A stretch of 64,000 nucleotides of DNA, taken from NCBI GenBank assembly GCA_002269645.1, contig NIVC01003819.1, positions 1 to 64,000 of the forward strand, given 5' to 3'. Of this stretch, positions 10,259-22,988 are shown piece after piece. The stretch comes from Macrostomum lignano (lineage: Eukaryota). The translations under genes and the position numbers were made by a program. Under the pieces are notes generated by a model. It was not told the DNA's origin. It ran no database searches and saw only the letters and a program-made list of their open reading frames with translations. The first letter of the stretch is position 1. Every line of letters starts with the position of its first letter.

Positions 10259-13200
10259 ATGTACAAGGCAACGCTACAACACGGCGGTAAGACCTACACT
10301 TACCACGACATTGGACAGATCGGCGAGGATCGACTAAAACGACTGCCATTCTCTATTCGAGTTTTGTTGGAGAGTGCTGCTCGCAATTGCGATGGCTTCC
10401 AGGTGAGAACAACTCACCTATACCCCGGGAAGCGAATTTCAAAATGTTTCATTTTCATCACGTGGTCCCAGATCTCGGGGATGATAGCTCGGGACAAATT
10501 TAAAGCCAGGTGTGGAAAGTTAAGGACGGAAAAGTGAGAAGTTTAACCCGCACACGGCTAGGCCTATCCTTGTTTGATTGTTTTGCTTGGTGCAGAACAT
10601 GAGTGCAGGAGGAAAGATTTTAAAACTCAGTTAAACCTAATTTCGGCTTTCATTTTGGCGCCCTCGGCTTTCATTTTGGCGCCCTCGGCTTTCATTTTGG
10701 CGCCCTCGGCTTTCATTTTGGCGCCCTCGGCTTTCATTTTGGCGCTCTCAGCTTTCATTTTGGCGCTCTCGACTTTCATTTTGGCGCTCTCAGCTTTCAT
10801 TTTGGCGCTCTCAGCTTTCATTTTGCACTCTCAACTTTCATTTGGGTGCTTTCAGCTTTCATTTGGGCGCTCTCGGCTTTCATTTTGGCGCCCTCGGCTT
10901 TCATTTTGGCGCCCTCGGCTTTCATTTTGGCGCCCTCGGCTTTCATTTTGGCGCCCTCGGCTTTCATTTTGGCGCCCTCGGCTTTCATTTTGGCGCCCTC
11001 GGCTTTCATTTTGGCGCTCTCAGCTTTCATTTTGGCGCTCTCGACTTTCATTTTGGCGCTCTCAGCTTTCATTTTGGCGCTCTCAGCTTTCATTTTGCAC
11101 TCTCAACTTTCATTTAGGTGCTTTCAGCTTTCATTTGGGCGCTCTCGGCTTTCATTTTGGCGCCCTCGGCTTTCATTTTGGCGCCCTCGGCTTTCATTTT
11201 GGCGCTCTCAGCTTTCATTTTGGCGCCCTCGGCTTTCATTTTGGCGCTCTCAGCTTTCATTTTGGCGCTCTCAGCTTTCATTTTGCACTCTCAACTTTCA
11301 TTTGGGTGCTTTCAGCTTTCATTTGGGCGCTCTCGGCTTTCATTTTGGCGCCCTCGGCTTTCATTTTGGCGCCCTCGGCTTTCATTTTGGCGCCCTCGGC
11401 TTTCATTTTGGCGCCCTCGGCTTTCATTTTGGCGCCCTCGGCTTTCATTTTGGCGCTCTCAGCTTTCATTTTGGCGCCCTCGGCTTTCATTTTGGCGCTC
11501 TCAGCTTTCATTTTGGCGCTCTCAGCTTTCATTTTGGCGCTCTCAGCTTTCATTTTGGCGCTCTCAGCTTTCATTTTGGCGCTCTCAGCTTTCATTTTGG
11601 CGCTCTCAGCTTCCATTTCGGGGCCATTTTGGCTTTCATTTAGAAAAAAAGACGAAAAAGAATCTTTCTTTCTCGCGAGAAATTACTCACGTAGTCTAAA
11701 TGCATTATTTATCACTACAGGTGTCGCAGGCAGACGTAGAAAAGGTGGCTTCCTGGTCGCCAGCCGCCGCCGATGCTGTGGAGGTGCCCTTCAAGCCGGC
11801 CAGAGTGCTGCTGCAGGACTTTACCGGAGTGCCGGCTGTTGTCGATTTCGCCGCGATGCGCGACGCCGTAAAATCGCTTGGCGGCGATCCGCAAAAGATT
11901 AATCCGCAATGCCCAGCTGACTTGGTTATCGACCATTCTATTCAGGTACGGTGAAACAGAAAAATGAGTTATAGATTAGAAATAAAAACACGAATTAGAA
12001 GATGAAAAAAAGAGCTTTTGCGATGAAACACGAAATAATCGATGAGAGTCAAACTGGGGGCGATAAGAAACAATAAATAATCAATAAGAGAGAGAGCTGG
12101 AGCGATAAAAACACGAAATAATCGATACTAGAGAGAGCTGAAGCGATAAAAACACGAAATAATCGATAAAGGAGAGAGAGCTGGAGCGATAAAAACACGA
12201 AATAATTGATGCTAGAGAGAGCTGAAACGATAAAAAACAATCAATGATCTATAAGAGAGACAGCTAAAGCAATAAAAAAAACAAAAATAATCGATAAGAG
12301 AGAGAGCTGGAGCAAAAAACACGAAATAATGACACCAGAGAGAGCTGGAGCGATAAAAAACACGAAATAATCGATAAGAGAGAGAGCTGGAGCAAAAAAC
12401 ACGAAATAATGACACCATAGAGAGCTGGAGCGATAAAAAACACGAAATAATCGATACTAGAGAGAGCTGGAGCGATAAAAACACGAAATAATCGATACTA
12501 GAGAGAGCTGGAGCGATAAAAACACGAAATAATCGATAAAGAAGAGAAAGCTGGAGCGATAAAAACACGAAATAATCGATAAAGGAGAGAGAGCTGGAGC
12601 GATAAAAACACGAAATAATTGGAGTGAGAACTGAAAGAACAGTAGTAAGCTGACAAGAAATGTACTTTAACTAAATCTAATAGTATTGTTTTTCAATTTC
12701 GCAGGTTGATTTCAACCGAACCACCGAAGCTCTGGAGCGCAACCAGGCCCTGGAGTTTGAGCGCAATCAGGAGCGCTTCCGTTTCTTGAAATGGGGCTCC
12801 AAAGCTTTTCGCAATTTGCTAATTGTACCTCCAGGATGCGGCATTGTGCACCAGATCAATCTGGAGTACCTGGCTCGCCTGGTTTTCACCGACCAATCGG
12901 TTCTGTTCCCGGATTCGTTGGTGGGCACTGACTCGCACACGACCATGATTAATGGTCTCGGCGTGCTGGGATGGGGAGTTGGCGGTATCGAGGCTGAGGC
13001 CTGCATGCTGGGACAGTCCATGTCGCTGCTACTGCCGGAGGTTGTTGGATACAAGTGAGCAAGCGTAATTAATAGCGTGAATTAGAATCCAGGTTAATTA
13101 GAATCGAGGTGAATTGGAATCCAAGTGAATTAGAATCGAGGTGAATTGAAATCCAGGTGAATTAGAACCCAGGTGAATTTGAATCCAGGTGAATTGGAAT

Positions 13201-16200
13201 CCAGGTAAATTAGAATCGAGGTGAATTAGAATCCAGGTGAGTTGGAATCCAGGTGAATTGGAATCCAGGTGAATTTGAATCCAAGTGAATTGGAATCCAA
13301 GTGAAGTAGAATCCAGGTGAATTGGAATCCAGGTGAATTAGAATCGAGGTGAATTAGAATCCAGGTGAATTGGAATCCAGGTGAATTGGAATCCAGGTGA
13401 ATTAGAATCGAGGTGAATTGGAATCCAGGTGAATTAGAATCCAGGTGAATTGGAATCCAGGTGAATTGGAATCCAGGTGAATTAGAATCGAGGTGAATTG
13501 GAATCCAGGTGAATTAGAATCCAAGTGAATTGGAATCCAAGTGAAGTAGAATCCAGGTGAATTGGAATCCAGGTGAATTGGAATCCAGGTGAATTGGAAT
13601 CCAAGTGAATTGGAATCCAAGTGAAGTAGAATCCAAGTGAATTGGAATCCAAGTGAAGTAGAATCCAGGTGAATTGGAATCCAGGTGAATTGGAATCCAG
13701 GTGAATTGGAATCCAAGTGAATTGGAATCCAAGTGAAGTAGAATCCAGGTGAATTAGAATCTGGGTGAATTTTTATCCTGAAAATCCAGGTGAGGTATGC
13801 TGGGAATCCAGGTGAAGTATCCTGGGAATCCAGGTGAGGTATCCTGGAAATCCAGGTGAGTTAGCTTCAAGATCCGTGCAAAGTATAACATAATAGCCAA
13901 ATAACAAATTCGAAACTGAACTCCAGACTCACCGGCACCTTGTCGTCTTTGGCCACCTCTACTGACCTGGTACTGACCATCACCAGCCATCTTCGCCGTC
14001 TAAACGTCGTAGGAAAATTTGTCGAATTTTTTGGCCCTGGCACGGGCAGCCTTGGCATCGCCGACCGGGCTACCATCGCCAACATGTGCCCGGAGTACGG
14101 CGCCACCTGCGGCTTCTTCCCAGTTGATGGAGCCTCGTTGGCCTACCTGCGACAGACCGGCCGGAGCGAGGAGACTCTGGCGCTGGTTGAAGCTTACCTG
14201 CGCGCTAATCATCTGTTTAGGAACTATGCGGATGCTGAACAGGTAGGTAACAGGTAGGTAGGTGGGTTAGGAGTGATTAAGATTTTTGATTAGATTCTTG
14301 AGTCGACTGCTTAGATTTCTTGCAAGAGAAGAAAGCTAAATATTTTCAAGGTCACTTTATAGAGTTTCTTATCGTCTTCATGGTCATTGTAGTTAAAACC
14401 CTCTGTCTTCATGGTCAATGCAGTTTAAACCCTCTCTGTCTTCATGGTCATTGTAGTTAAAACCCTCTGTCTTCATGGTCATTGTAGTTAAAACCCTCTG
14501 TCTTCATGGTCATTGTAGTTTGAACCCTCTGTCTTCATGGTCAATGCAGAATTTAAACCCTCTGTCTTCATGGTCATTGCAGAATTTAAACCCTCTGTCT
14601 TCATGGTCAATGCAGAATTTAAACCCTCTGTCTTCATGGTCATTGCAGAATTTAAACCCTCTGTCTTCATGGTCATTACAGAGTTTAAACCATCTGTCTT
14701 CATGGTCATTACAGAGTTTAAATCCCCTTCATGGTTAACCAAACGCTAATGACAGCTAGTTTGAAATCATCGTTTAAAAGCTCAGTTATTATACTTATTA
14801 ATCACTATTTTACAACAATTGCCGACCTCACCGCAGGATCCCCAATTCAGCCAGGTGGTTGAGCTCGACTTAGGCCAGGTGGTCCCCTGTCTGGCCGGTC
14901 CAAAGCGGCCGCACGACAAAGTTGCCGTGTCGGACATGAAGTCGGCATTCGAATCCGCCCTGACCGCCAAAGTCGGCTTCAGCGGCTACGGTCTGTCAGC
15001 TGAGCGAGTCAGTGGCAGCGCCAGGTTCCAATTCGACGGAACGGAATACTCGTTGACTCACGGAGACGTGGTCATCGCGGCGATCACGTCGTGCACCAAC
15101 ACCAGCAATCCATCTGTGATGCTAGGCGCCGGACTGCTAGCTAAGAAGGCTGTAGAGGCCGGGCTCGCGGTGAAACCGTTCTGCAAGACCAGCCTGTCAC
15201 CCGGGTCCGGCGTTGTCACTTTCTATCTGGAGCGAAGCGGCCTGACGCCATATCTGGAGAAGCTGGGATTCTCCATCGTGGGATTCGGCTGCATGACCTG
15301 CATCGGCAACAGCGGACAACTGGACTCGAGCGTTGGAGAGGCCATCGAATCGGCTGATTTGGTTGTGGCCGGAGTTCTGTCTGGAAATCGCAACTTCGAA
15401 GGCCGAATTCACCCGCTGACGAGAGCCAATTACCTGGCCAGCCCACCGCTAGTGATTGCATACGCTCTGGCTGGCACTGTGCGAATTGACTTTGCTACTC
15501 AGGTGAGAGAGTATAGTTATACACGATGATTTGTCAGGTATAAAACTTTGACTGAATTTGCCAGTCATTGTAGTCATCTCGTAGAATGCCAGTCGTTTGA
15601 GTATAACAAACTACTTATTGACTTCTAGCCACTCGGTAAAAACGCCAAAGGCGAGGATGTCTACCTTCGCGATATCTGGCCTAGTCGAGACGAAGTGGAC
15701 GAATTGGAGCGTCGCTACCTGTTGCCGTCAATGTTTAAAGAAGTCTACAATAAAATTGCCGACGGCACTCCGCGGTGGAACGCCTTGGAGACGCCCAGCT
15801 GCGATCTGTACCCGTGGGATGAGGCGTCTACCTACATCAGAAGCCCGCCATTCTTTTCTGGCATGACTAAGGAGCTGCCGCCTGTTCAAGACATCAAGGA
15901 TGCCCGGGTGCTGCTGAATTTGGGTGAGTTCGAGATCCGAGATAAGAACCATACGGAATTGCTAAAGTTCCAGGAGGAGGAGGCCAACTCAGCAGTAAGC
16001 GCACCCGACTCTTGAGCTACAACCTCTGGTTCGATGTCAATAAGGGTTGTCGTGCCATGCACACCAATGTAGCACAGAGTGTGCAAACCCGAAATGTCAC
16101 AATGTCGAAATACACAGGAGAGATAAGAGATATTTCGACGTTGTGAAATTTCGGGCTTGAGAAGTCTCCTACCTCTCCAGTGTATTTCGACATTGTGAAA

Positions 16201-19113
16201 TTTCGGGCTTGAGAAGTCTCCTACCTCTCCAGTGTATTTCGACATTGTGAAATTTCGGGCTTGAGGAGGCTCCTACCTCTCCAGTGTATTTCGACATTGT
16301 GAAATTTCGGGCTTGAGAAGTCTCCTACCTCTCCAGTGTATTTCGACATTGTGAAATTTCGGGCTTGAGGAGGCTCCTACCTCTCCAGTGTATTTTGACA
16401 TTGTGAAATTTCGGGCTTGAGGAGGCTCCTACCTCTCCAGTGTATTTCGACATTGTGAAATTTCGGGTTTGCAAAATTTTGAGTTTGTAAAATTTCGGTA
16501 TTATGAAATGGGCTGCATAGATTTTCTACGATATGAAATTTCGGGTTTGTGGAAAAACCACCCCCACCCTGAAATATGAAATCTCTATACTGCTACACTG
16601 TTGCCACTACTTAATGACAACGGCTTTCATTCAAATTAGAGTAGGTCATTGTTAAGGCTCGTTAAGTCCAATATGTGATGTCCACAACTAGATTATATGA
16701 TATTTTTATGACATGATACTTTTCTCAAAAGATTTCCTCGACACTTGAGGAATTTTTGTTTGACAATTTTGTAAAGGCTATTTTGACGCATCGTTTGTTT
16801 GAACAACTACACAAATGCTCGTAGCTATACGCCTTTACTTGTCTAGTCCAGTTAATTTTACTCGTATTATGCTATAGTGAAGCTTGATAGATAAAGATAA
16901 GATAAGAAAAATTACCCCCTTGTTTTGTTATAATAGTTGACGGCATTTAAAATCGAAAGAAACAAATGTGTGGCGCTCAAAACGAGAACTTGCGTACACA
17001 CACGCACACTAGAACTGAATGTACACTCTAGACTAAAACTTCTGTAACAGTGTAACCCCCAGAGGGCAAGTTAGGAATGGAAATTTCCAGGTCCAATGTA
17101 CGCTCTCTAGCAATGTACATTCTGTTGCGTTTACATTTCTCTATAAGGGAAGGCATTGAAAATTTAGATATAGCTATACTAAGCAGAAAGAAGAAACAGA
17201 GCCACACACAACAATCCAAAAGACAAGGAGCAAGGATCACTCGTCGTGCTTCTAAATCTGAAGCGACATCCAGTTATTTTACCGCCAAATAAAATTTAAA
17301 AGTGCTTCAATGAAATCCGAGGCAGACTGCTGGTTAGAGGCGTGCATATCAAAATCTCTTGGCCTCAAACAGGCTGCTATCAGCCTCGGAGTCGAGACTT
17401 TCGGAGTTGATGGCCAACTTAGCTATCGACGCAGGGTCACCGTTGATAATCAAAACGGTAGCAAGGATGAGAAGTCACTGAGGCTTTACGCTAAGTACAC
17501 CAGCACCAGTAGGAGCGATATGGAGCGATACTACCAAGAGATGAGCTACGCTGTCAGTAAACAGGAGTGCACTTTTTATGGCTTCTTGCTGCCTGTACTG
17601 CAGCGAGCGGTGAATGGCAGCAGGCTGTGCCTGGCTGTGCCGCGGTGTCACCTGCACTCCGTCAGCAACAGCGGCACTTTATTGCTGATGGACGATCTGC
17701 TAGCTCAGGGCTTTTCACCGGCCAGCGCCACTCTGTCTGTGGAGCAGCTCTCCGCTGTAGTTGAAGGCTTCGGCCGTCTACAAGCGGCCTATTGGCTGGC
17801 CCGTCAGCAGTTGAACTTCGAGCTTGACAAGCACGTGTTCGCCGGAGGCGGCACCCCATTTGCCAATCCGCTCAGCGAGTCCGGCCTAGAGATGTCCACT
17901 ATTGTTGGCAACGTGCCAAAACTGCTCGACGAACTGAAAAAGTTGCCGAGCGTCTCCGAAGCTGATGTTGAACTGTTAAGCGCCTATTTAAACAAAGAGG
18001 ATGGATTTATGCAGATCTGCGAGACTAAACTGCTTGCCGACTTGACTGACTGGCCTAGTTTGGGCCTAGTTCACGGCGACCTCTGGTACCCCAACCTGAT
18101 GCTGCGCCCTTCATCATCATCACCCGACAGCACTTACGAAGCGCGCATTTTAGACTGGCAGTTTTGCGGTTTCGGCAAGCTAGGCCGCGATTTCGGCACT
18201 CTGTTGCTGACCAGCGCCGACTCTCGGGTGCTCACGGACGCTGGCCGGAGCTTTGAGCAGCTGATCGACCGGTTCTACGACTCATTCGCTGGCGAGTTTG
18301 TTGCCGGCGCCCTGGAGTCGACGGAGCCGCCCGTGTCCAAGTCGGCAGTTCGAGACAACTGCCTGGAGTCCTTGCACGGTGCCGTTCTCTGGCTGCTGTG
18401 GGATCCGCGACCAGATGTGGTGCTCGGTTGCCATGCCAACCTGTTGGCTATGCTTCGGAACCTGCCAATGGGCGATTTTTAATGACACTCTGTGCGCGTC
18501 TGCTATGACTCGAGTGGTCTCGTATCAATATTTATTAATTTCCTAGGCAGAATCAATTCCATTAGTTTGCTTGAAGGCTTGTGTAATAAGGAATAATGGC
18601 GGCAATATATATATATTAAATTTATAAATAGCAGCAAATATTCGACTTGAGCATTTTCGTCCTTTTTTATTACAAATTTTGAAAACCACTTATAATGCAA
18701 GCTGGAAGCGCTGTGATTTTATCTTCGTGGACAAAACGTTAAAAATGCAATAGCTACCTGTATATACAGAATTTTAAAGGCATTTACATGTACATGTAAT
18801 TCAGTTCCTCATAATTTCGTTAATGTGAAGGCGGAGACTGGTTTTTGTGCGCAGAGGTTCGTACAAGTTAATGGACTTGGTTTTTTATGAAAAAATGCTA
18901 CACATAACAAACAAAACTACGAAACTAGTTAGTTAGTTAGTTTGCCAGTCAGTTAGTTAGTTAGCTAGTTAGTTAGTTTGCCAGTCACTTAGTTAGCTAG
19001 TTAGCTAGTTAGCTAGTTAGTTAGTTTGCCAGTCAGTTAGTTAGTTAGCTAGTTAGTTAGTTTGCCAGTCACTTAGTTAGCTAGTTAGCTAGTTAGTTAG
19101 TTTGCCAGTTAGC

Positions 19114-19147
<34 letters not shown>

Positions 19148-19150
19148 ATC

Positions 19151-19195
<45 letters not shown>

Positions 19196-19294
19196 GCCAG
19201 TCAGTCAGTTAGTTAGCTAGTTAGTTAGTTTGCCAGTCACTTAGTTAGCTAGTTAGTTAATTAGTTAGTTAGTAAGTTAGTTAGTTAGTTAATC

Positions 19295-19348
<54 letters not shown>

Positions 19349-19373
19349 CTAGCTAGTTAGTTAATTAGTTAGC

Positions 19374-19419
<46 letters not shown>

Positions 19420-22400
19420 GCCAGTCAGTTAGTTAGTTAGTTAGTGAGTTAGTTAGTTAGTTAGTCAGTCAGTCAGTCAGTCAGTCAGTCAGTCAGTCAG
19501 TCAGTCAGTCAGTCAGTCAGTCAGTCAGTCAGTCAGGCAGGCAGGCAGGCAGTCCCCTGCTACAGGTACATGTATATTAAGCAACTGTCAATTACCCCCA
19601 TGCAGGCGACTCGGTGACCACCGATCACATCAGCCCGGCTGGCAACATCGCCCGAAACAGCCCGGCGGCTCAGTACCTCACCAGCCGCGGCATTCAGCCT
19701 GCCCAGTTCAACTCCTACGGCTCTCGCCGCGGCAACGATCAAATCATGGCCCGCGGCACCTTCGCCAATATTCGCCTGGTTAACCGACTGGTGGCCAACC
19801 CGGGCCCGAGGACTCTGCACCTGCCTGGCGGCGAAGAGATGAGCATCTTCGATGCGGCTGAACGATATCGACAGGCTGGGTCGCCTGTGGTGATTCTTGC
19901 CGGGAAGGAGTACGGATCGGGTGAGTCAGCGACCGTTGGAGTAGAGTAGGGTCTGCTTTTAGCTGCCAGAAAAGGGCTTACATATTAATTAAGAAAAGAC
20001 GCAGGGAGAAGCAGACAAGTAGGCAGAGGCAGGGAGAAGCAAGGAGAGGACGAGGGAGAGAGAAGTAGGGAGAGGCAGAGAGAAGCAGGGAGAGGCAGAG
20101 AGAAGCAGGGAGAGGCAGAGAGAAGCAGGGAGAGGCAGAGAGAAGCAGGGAGAGGCAGAGAGCAGCACAGAGAGGCAGAGAGAAGTAGGGAGGCAGAGAG
20201 AAGTAGGGAGGCAGAGAGAAGCAGGGAGAGGCAGAGAGCAGCAGGGAGAGGCAGAGAAGCAGGGAGGCAGAGAGAAGCAGGGAGAGGCAGAGAGCAACAG
20301 GGAGAGGCAGAGAAGCAGGGAGGCAGAGAGAAGTAGGGAGGCAGAGAGAAGCAGGGAGAGGCAGAGAGCAGCAGAGAGCAGCAGGGAGAGGCAGAGAGCA
20401 GCAGGGAGAGGCAGATAGCAGCAGGGAGAGGCAGAGAAGCAGCAGGGAGAGGCAGAGAGCAGCAGAGAGCAGCAGGGAGAGGCAGAGAGCAGCACAGAGA
20501 GGCAGAGAGAAGTAGGGAGGCAGAGAGAAGTAGGGAGGCAGAGAGAAGCAGGGAGAGGCAGAGAGCAGCAGGGAGAGGCAGAGAAGCAGGGAGGCAGAGA
20601 GAAGCAGGGAGAGGCAGAGAGCAACAGGGAGAGGCAGAGAAGTAGGGAGGCAGAGAGAAGTAGGGAGGCAGAGAGAAGCAGGGAGAGGCAGAGAGCAGCA
20701 GAGAGCAGCAGGGAGAGGCAGAGAGCAGCAGGGAGAGGCAGATAGCAGCAGGGAGAGGCAGAGAAGCAGCAGGGAGAGGCAGAGAGCAGCAGAGAGCAGC
20801 AGGGAGAGGCAGAGAGCAGCAGGGAGAGGCAGAGAGCAGCAGGGAGAGGCAGAGAGCAGCAGGGAGAGGCAGAGAGCAGCAGGGAGAGGCAGAGAGCAGC
20901 AGGGAGAGGCAGAGAAGTCAGGAAAGGCAGAGAGAAGCAGGGAGAGGCAGAGAGCAGCAGGGAGAGGCAGAGAAGCAGGGAGGCAGAGAGAAGCAGGGAG
21001 AGGCAGAGAGCAGCAGGGAGAGGCAGAGAGCAGCAGAGAGAGGCAGAGAGCAGCAGGGAGAGGCAGAGAGCAGCAGGGAGAGGCAGAGAGCAGCAGGGAG
21101 AGGCAGAGAGCAGCAGGGAGAGGCAGAGAGCAGCAGAGAGCAGCAGGGAGAGGCAGAGAGCAGCAGGGAGAGGCAGAGAGCAGCAGGGAGAGGCAGAGAA
21201 GCAGGGAGGCAGAGAGAAGCAGGGAGAGGCAGAGAGCAGCAGGGAGAGGCAGAGAGCAGCAGAGAGGCAGAGAGCAGCAGGGAGAGGCAGAGAGCAGCAG
21301 GGAGAGGCAGAGAGCAGCAGGGAGAGGCAGAGAGCAGCAGGGAGAGGCAGAGAGCAGCAGAGAGCAGCAGGGAGAGGCAGAGAGCAGCAGGGAGAGGCAG
21401 AGAGCAGCAGGGAGAGGCAGAGAAGCAGGGAGGCAGAGAGAAGCAGGGAGAGGCAGAGAGCAGCAGGGAGAGGCAGAGAGCAGCAGAGAGGCAGAGAGCA
21501 GCAGGGAGAGGCAGAGAGCAGCAGGGAGAGGCAGAGAAGCAGGGAGGCAGAGAGAAGCAGGGAGAGGCAGAGAGCAGCAGGGAGAGGCAGAGAGCAGCAG
21601 AGAGAGGCAGAGAAGTCAGGAAAGGCAGAGAGAAGCAGGGAGAGGCAGAGAAGCAGAGAGAAGCAGGGAGAGGCAGAGAAGCTGAGAGAAGCAGGGAGAG
21701 GCAGAGAGCAGCACAGAGAGGCAGAGAGAAGCAGAGAGAGGCAGAGAGAAGCAGAGAGAGGCAGAGAGAAGCAGAGAGAGGCAGGGAGAAGCAGGGAGAG
21801 GCAGAGAGCAGCAGAGAGAGGCAGAGAGAAGCAGAGAGAGGCAGAGAGAAGCAGAGAGAGGCAGAGAGAAGCAGGGAGAGGCAGAGAGCAGCAGAGAGAG
21901 GCAGAGAGCAGCAGAGAGAGGCAGAGAGCAGCAGGGAGAGGCAGAGAAGTCAGGAAAGGCAGAGAGAAGCAGGGAGAGGCAGAGAAGCAGAGAGAAGCAG
22001 GGAGAGGCAGAGAAGCTGAGAGAAGCAGGGAGAGGCAGAGAGCAGCAGAGAGAGGCAGAGAGCAGCAGGGAGAGGCAGAGAGAAGTAGGGAGGCAGAGAG
22101 AAGCAGGGAGAGGCAGAGAGCAGCAGAGAGCAGCAGAGAGCAGCAGGGAGAGGCAGAGAGCAGCAGGGAGAGGCAGAGAGCAGCAGGGAGAGGCAGAGAG
22201 CAGTAGGGAGAGGCAGAGAGAAGTAGGGAGGCAGAGAGAGGCAGAGAGAGGCAGAGAGCAGCAGGGAGAGGCAGAGAAGTCAGGAAAGGCAGGGAGCAGT
22301 GGTAGCAAGAGAATCAATAGAAAGAGTTGAGTCGAGGAGACATGGCGCCTCAGTGCCAAGAAGCCAAAGCCGCAGCCGCGCGGACATTTTAATCATCAAA

Positions 22401-22764
22401 TTTATGTGAACTGATCGCAGGCTCATCCAGAGACTGGGCCGCCAAGGGCCCCTGGATGCTGGGAGTCCGGGCCGTGCTGGCCCAGAGCTACGAGCGGATC
22501 CACCGCTCCAACTTGGCCGGCATGGGCATCCTGCCGCTGCAGTTTCTGCCCGGCCAGTCGGCTGAGTCGCTGGGACTTACCGGACGCGAGCTGATCAGCG
22601 TGTCCGGGCTGTCCGGGGACAGCCTGAAGCCCGGCTGCCTGCTGAAGGTGAGCACCGACTCCGGGCTGGAGTTCCAAGTGAAATGCCGGTTCGACACGGA
22701 AGTGGAACTGGAGTACTATCGCCATGGCGGCATACTGCAGTACATGATCAGGAAGCTCATCTAG
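10259..22764 (+). CDS. ACO1: Cytosolic aconitate hydratase / iron regulatory protein 1, 8 exons, ~884 aa
   Basis: Exons 10259-10402, 11721-11945, 12705-13054, 13927-14242, 14837-15502, 15629-15923, 19606-19920 and 22421-22764; all GT-AG, phases consistent, total 2655 nt. Motifs [55 protein letters not shown] (three Fe-S cysteines), TTDHISPAG and [10 protein letters not shown]. Confidence 0.95.
10644..11630. repeat. 21-bp minisatellite (TTTCATTTTGGCGCCCTCGGC) in ACO1 intron 1
   Basis: Visible array with a higher-order repeat of about 240 bp. Confidence 0.9.
12040..12620. repeat. ~38-bp minisatellite (AGAGAGAGCTGGAGCGATAAAAACACGAAATAATCGAT) in ACO1 intron 2
   Basis: Visible degenerate array. 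Confidence 0.85.
13080..13860. repeat. 16-bp minisatellite (GAATTGGAATCCAGGT) in ACO1 intron 3
   Basis: Visible array. Confidence 0.9.
14365..14730. repeat. 31-33-bp minisatellite in ACO1 intron 4
   Basis: Repeated AAACCCTCTGTCTTCATGGTCA core. Confidence 0.9.
16135..16470. repeat. 52-bp tandem repeat in ACO1 intron 6
   Basis: About six copies of TGTGAAATTTCGGGCTTGAGAAGTCTCCTACCTCTCCAGTGTATTTCGACAT. Confidence 0.9.
17310..18482 (+). CDS. Ecdysteroid-kinase-like (EcKL/CHK/APH-type) small-molecule kinase, intronless, 390 aa, nested in ACO1 intron 6
   Basis: Brenner motif [15 protein letters not shown] Mg-binding motif, G(K)LGRDF, LLLMDDL and ERYYQE; complete ATG-to-TAA ORF. Confidence 0.8.
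   Translation: MKSEADCWLEACISKSLGLKQAAISLGVETFGVDGQLSYRRRVTVDNQNGSKDEKSLRLYAKYTSTSRSDMERYYQEMSYAVSKQECTFYGFLLPVLQRAVNGSRLCLAVPRCHLHSVSNSGTLLLMDDLLAQGFSPASATLSVEQLSAVVEGFGRLQAAYWLARQQLNFELDKHVFAGGGTPFANPLSESGLEMSTIVGNVPKLLDELKKLPSVSEADVELLSAYLNKEDGFMQICETKLLADLTDWPSLGLVHGDLWYPNLMLRPSSSSPDSTYEARILDWQFCGFGKLGRDFGTLLLTSADSRVLTDAGRSFEQLIDRFYDSFAGEFVAGALESTEPPVSKSAVRDNCLESLHGAVLWLLWDPRPDVVLGCHANLLAMLRNLPMGDF
18925..19550. repeat. (TTAG)n/(TCAG)n microsatellite
   Basis: Visible tetranucleotide array ending just before the exon 7 acceptor region. Confidence 0.95.
20000..22295. repeat. Purine-rich ~20-bp minisatellite (GCAGGGAGAGGCAGAGAGCA) in ACO1 intron 7
   Basis: 2.3-kb array, almost T-free on the + strand. 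Confidence 0.95.
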
Positions 22765-22988
22765 GTTCTCTAGAATTGTCCGTGATTCAACTTCAAAGAA
22801 CATGTTTGCAATGATTTAGCCTTGATTTAACTTCTGATGACAATTACCTGTTCCCCGATTCTGAATTTCTAAGATTAGGAAGTAAACATAAATTAGGTTT
22901 ATTTATTAGTGTAATAATTTCAATATAGACGAGTTTATTAGTTATCGGATTGTCGTAGTTCGGTAAAATTACTACGCTTTTTAATTAT

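Noticed and set aside
10574-11902. Long ORFs across tandem repeats (also 19989-22359, 39076-39558, 44925-46224, 46883-47785, 48177-49755, 52760-53329)
   Set aside because: They are translations of stop-free minisatellite units inside introns of ACO1 or Dicer, open in several frames at once.
18925-19550. Interstitial telomere
   Set aside because: The unit is TTAG/TCAG, not TTAGGG or TTAGG.
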